From Bilabrum cf. latius (Eukaryota): a DNA stretch of 64,000 nucleotides. Under the pieces are notes generated by a model. That model was not told the origin of the DNA and ran no database searches. It was given only the letters and a program-made list of their open reading frames with translations. Below are positions 62,801 through 64,000 of the stretch, piece after piece; position 1 is the first letter of the stretch, and every line of letters begins with the position of its first letter. The position numbers were made by a program, and so were the translations under genes. The DNA lies in NCBI GenBank assembly GCA_965178125.1, contig OZ237751.1, positions 682,001 through 746,000 of the forward strand. Reading direction: 5' to 3'.

Positions 62801-64000
62801 GCGCACAGCTCTGTCATGCGGAAGAGCGTCGCAGACATGATGGGAGTGAACAGCAGCTGCTCTGCCAGAATGAGCACGCATAAAGTCTTCAGCACCGAGC
62901 CCAGCTGCGCAGATCTGTCCATACCGGCCTGTACGAGCGGGGATACTGACATTCGAATACCCTTTTGCACCCCGTCTTGCTTGCGCATCGACAGCAAATG
63001 CCTGGCCTCCATAGTTCCTGAACCCTCGCCACAGCAAGCGAGGGATCGCCGAGCAGTCACACATATCTCATGAAAGCTCTGGATGCCTTTCCATTCGAAA
63101 CGGCTCAGCGCAGCCCTCGATTCCGACAGAGTACTTTGAGTTGGAGGTGAAGGCATAGAAATGCGGACAGCTGGCCGACACCACTTCGGTAACCTGCCAC
63201 AGCAGCAGCACAAGCACCATCGCGCCAGGCGGGCCTCAACATCAAGAAGCTGACAAGGCCTATCGGCTCGCTTGTCGTTGTACCAGCGGTATACCTCCAT
63301 AGAAGCGTCCTGCGTCGCTTCATCCATGCCTCGGCTAGGTGTTGCCAACAGGACCAGGACACATACGACAGACACGGGGAACATGACGAACACACACACG
63401 CAGAATAGAGCCCAAAGAATCGTGAAAGCGCTCACGATGCTGAGGTCAAGAGCGCTAGGCACACTTTGGGATGCGATAGTGGCGTTAATGCCGCATAGCG
63501 TTAACTAGCCGTCATTATGAACCCCAATAGGCAACGCATTCGCTCGATTCTGGGGTGACATGGGACGCAGGACTTCAAGGAGGCTAAATACTAGCTGCGT
63601 CTCATCCAGCGAGGCAGTGCGCCCGCACAGGTGATTCTGATCCGCAAGAGCGACGCGATTCCAGAGAGGATTCAGATCAATAGACTGGCCATCGCCACCG
63701 TCGCCGCTACTATCACCACTGCCTCCGGAGCCGTCGCCTTGGACCATGCAGGCAGCACCGCCGTATCCAGAAGACATGGTCCACAGCTTGTTTGCGTGAT
63801 CAAACCACTGATCTACCTGGTACGCCGACCCATTGAAGTCGGCATTCTGTTCTTGCATATCGTCAATAGCACCAGTGAGCTCTGCCTGTCGTAGCAGCGA
63901 CAGGAACAGCACCGGCCTCCCGTTGCTGCCTCTGATGTCTGTGAGCATAGAGGCGGGTTTACCGGAGTACGTCGCGTTATCCAGACCATCAAACATAGAC
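59821..64000 (-). CDS. Membrane-bound hybrid histidine kinase, paralog 2 (5' end off window)
   Basis: Same H, N, G1, F, G2 and receiver motifs as paralog 1; one frame with TAG-only interruptions; ends TGA 59821-59823. Confidence 0.9.

Noticed and set aside
1-64000. Mass pseudogenisation, RIP-like mutation or random sequencing error as the cause of the internal stops
   Set aside because: These would also create TAA and TGA (from CAA, CGA, TGG) and frameshifts. Only TAG is seen, frames are preserved over more than 10 kb, and catalytic motifs are intact.
1-64000. Ciliate-type code with both TAA and TAG as Gln
   Set aside because: No TAA was found inside any reconstructed coding exon, and TAA occurs at three natural C-termini (12826, 53016, 54809).
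53016-64000. Bacterial or phage origin of the contig (uxuA, histidine kinases, table-15 phage code)
   Set aside because: The same contig and code carry gp210, an SLC38A9-like gene and spliceosomal introns; no operon structure or phage genes were seen.

Overview
Gene-dense, GC-rich eukaryotic nuclear DNA with few spliceosomal introns. Protein style suggests a heterotrophic protist, possibly a stramenopile flagellate, but that is inference. The main result is that this genome does not appear to use the standard genetic code. The supplied ORF track is fragmented because long reading frames on both strands are interrupted by in-frame TAG, but not by TAA or TGA. Reading TAG as sense joins the fragments into about 16 coherent genes that tile nearly the whole window. 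The 15 gene ends inside the window are all TGA (12) or TAA (3). TAG falls on conserved Gln positions: the COQ7 HYxxQI motif, the DUF4598 QTFLP motif, and CAA/CAG codons of a neighbouring paralog. The inferred code is UAG=Gln with UAA/UGA as stops (table-15-like, UAR codons uncoupled). Genes recovered: FG-GAP repeat protein, SLC38A9-like transporter, ankyrin protein, LamG-like multi-pass membrane protein, DUF4598/NOPCHAP1-like protein, TPR-esterase fusion, coiled-coil protein, helical-repeat protein, a very long gp210/Nup210, SAM methyltransferase, COQ7-like hydroxylase, two giant unknown proteins, bacterial-type mannonate dehydratase and two tandem hybrid histidine kinases. Codon counts and alignments were done by eye and should be recomputed.
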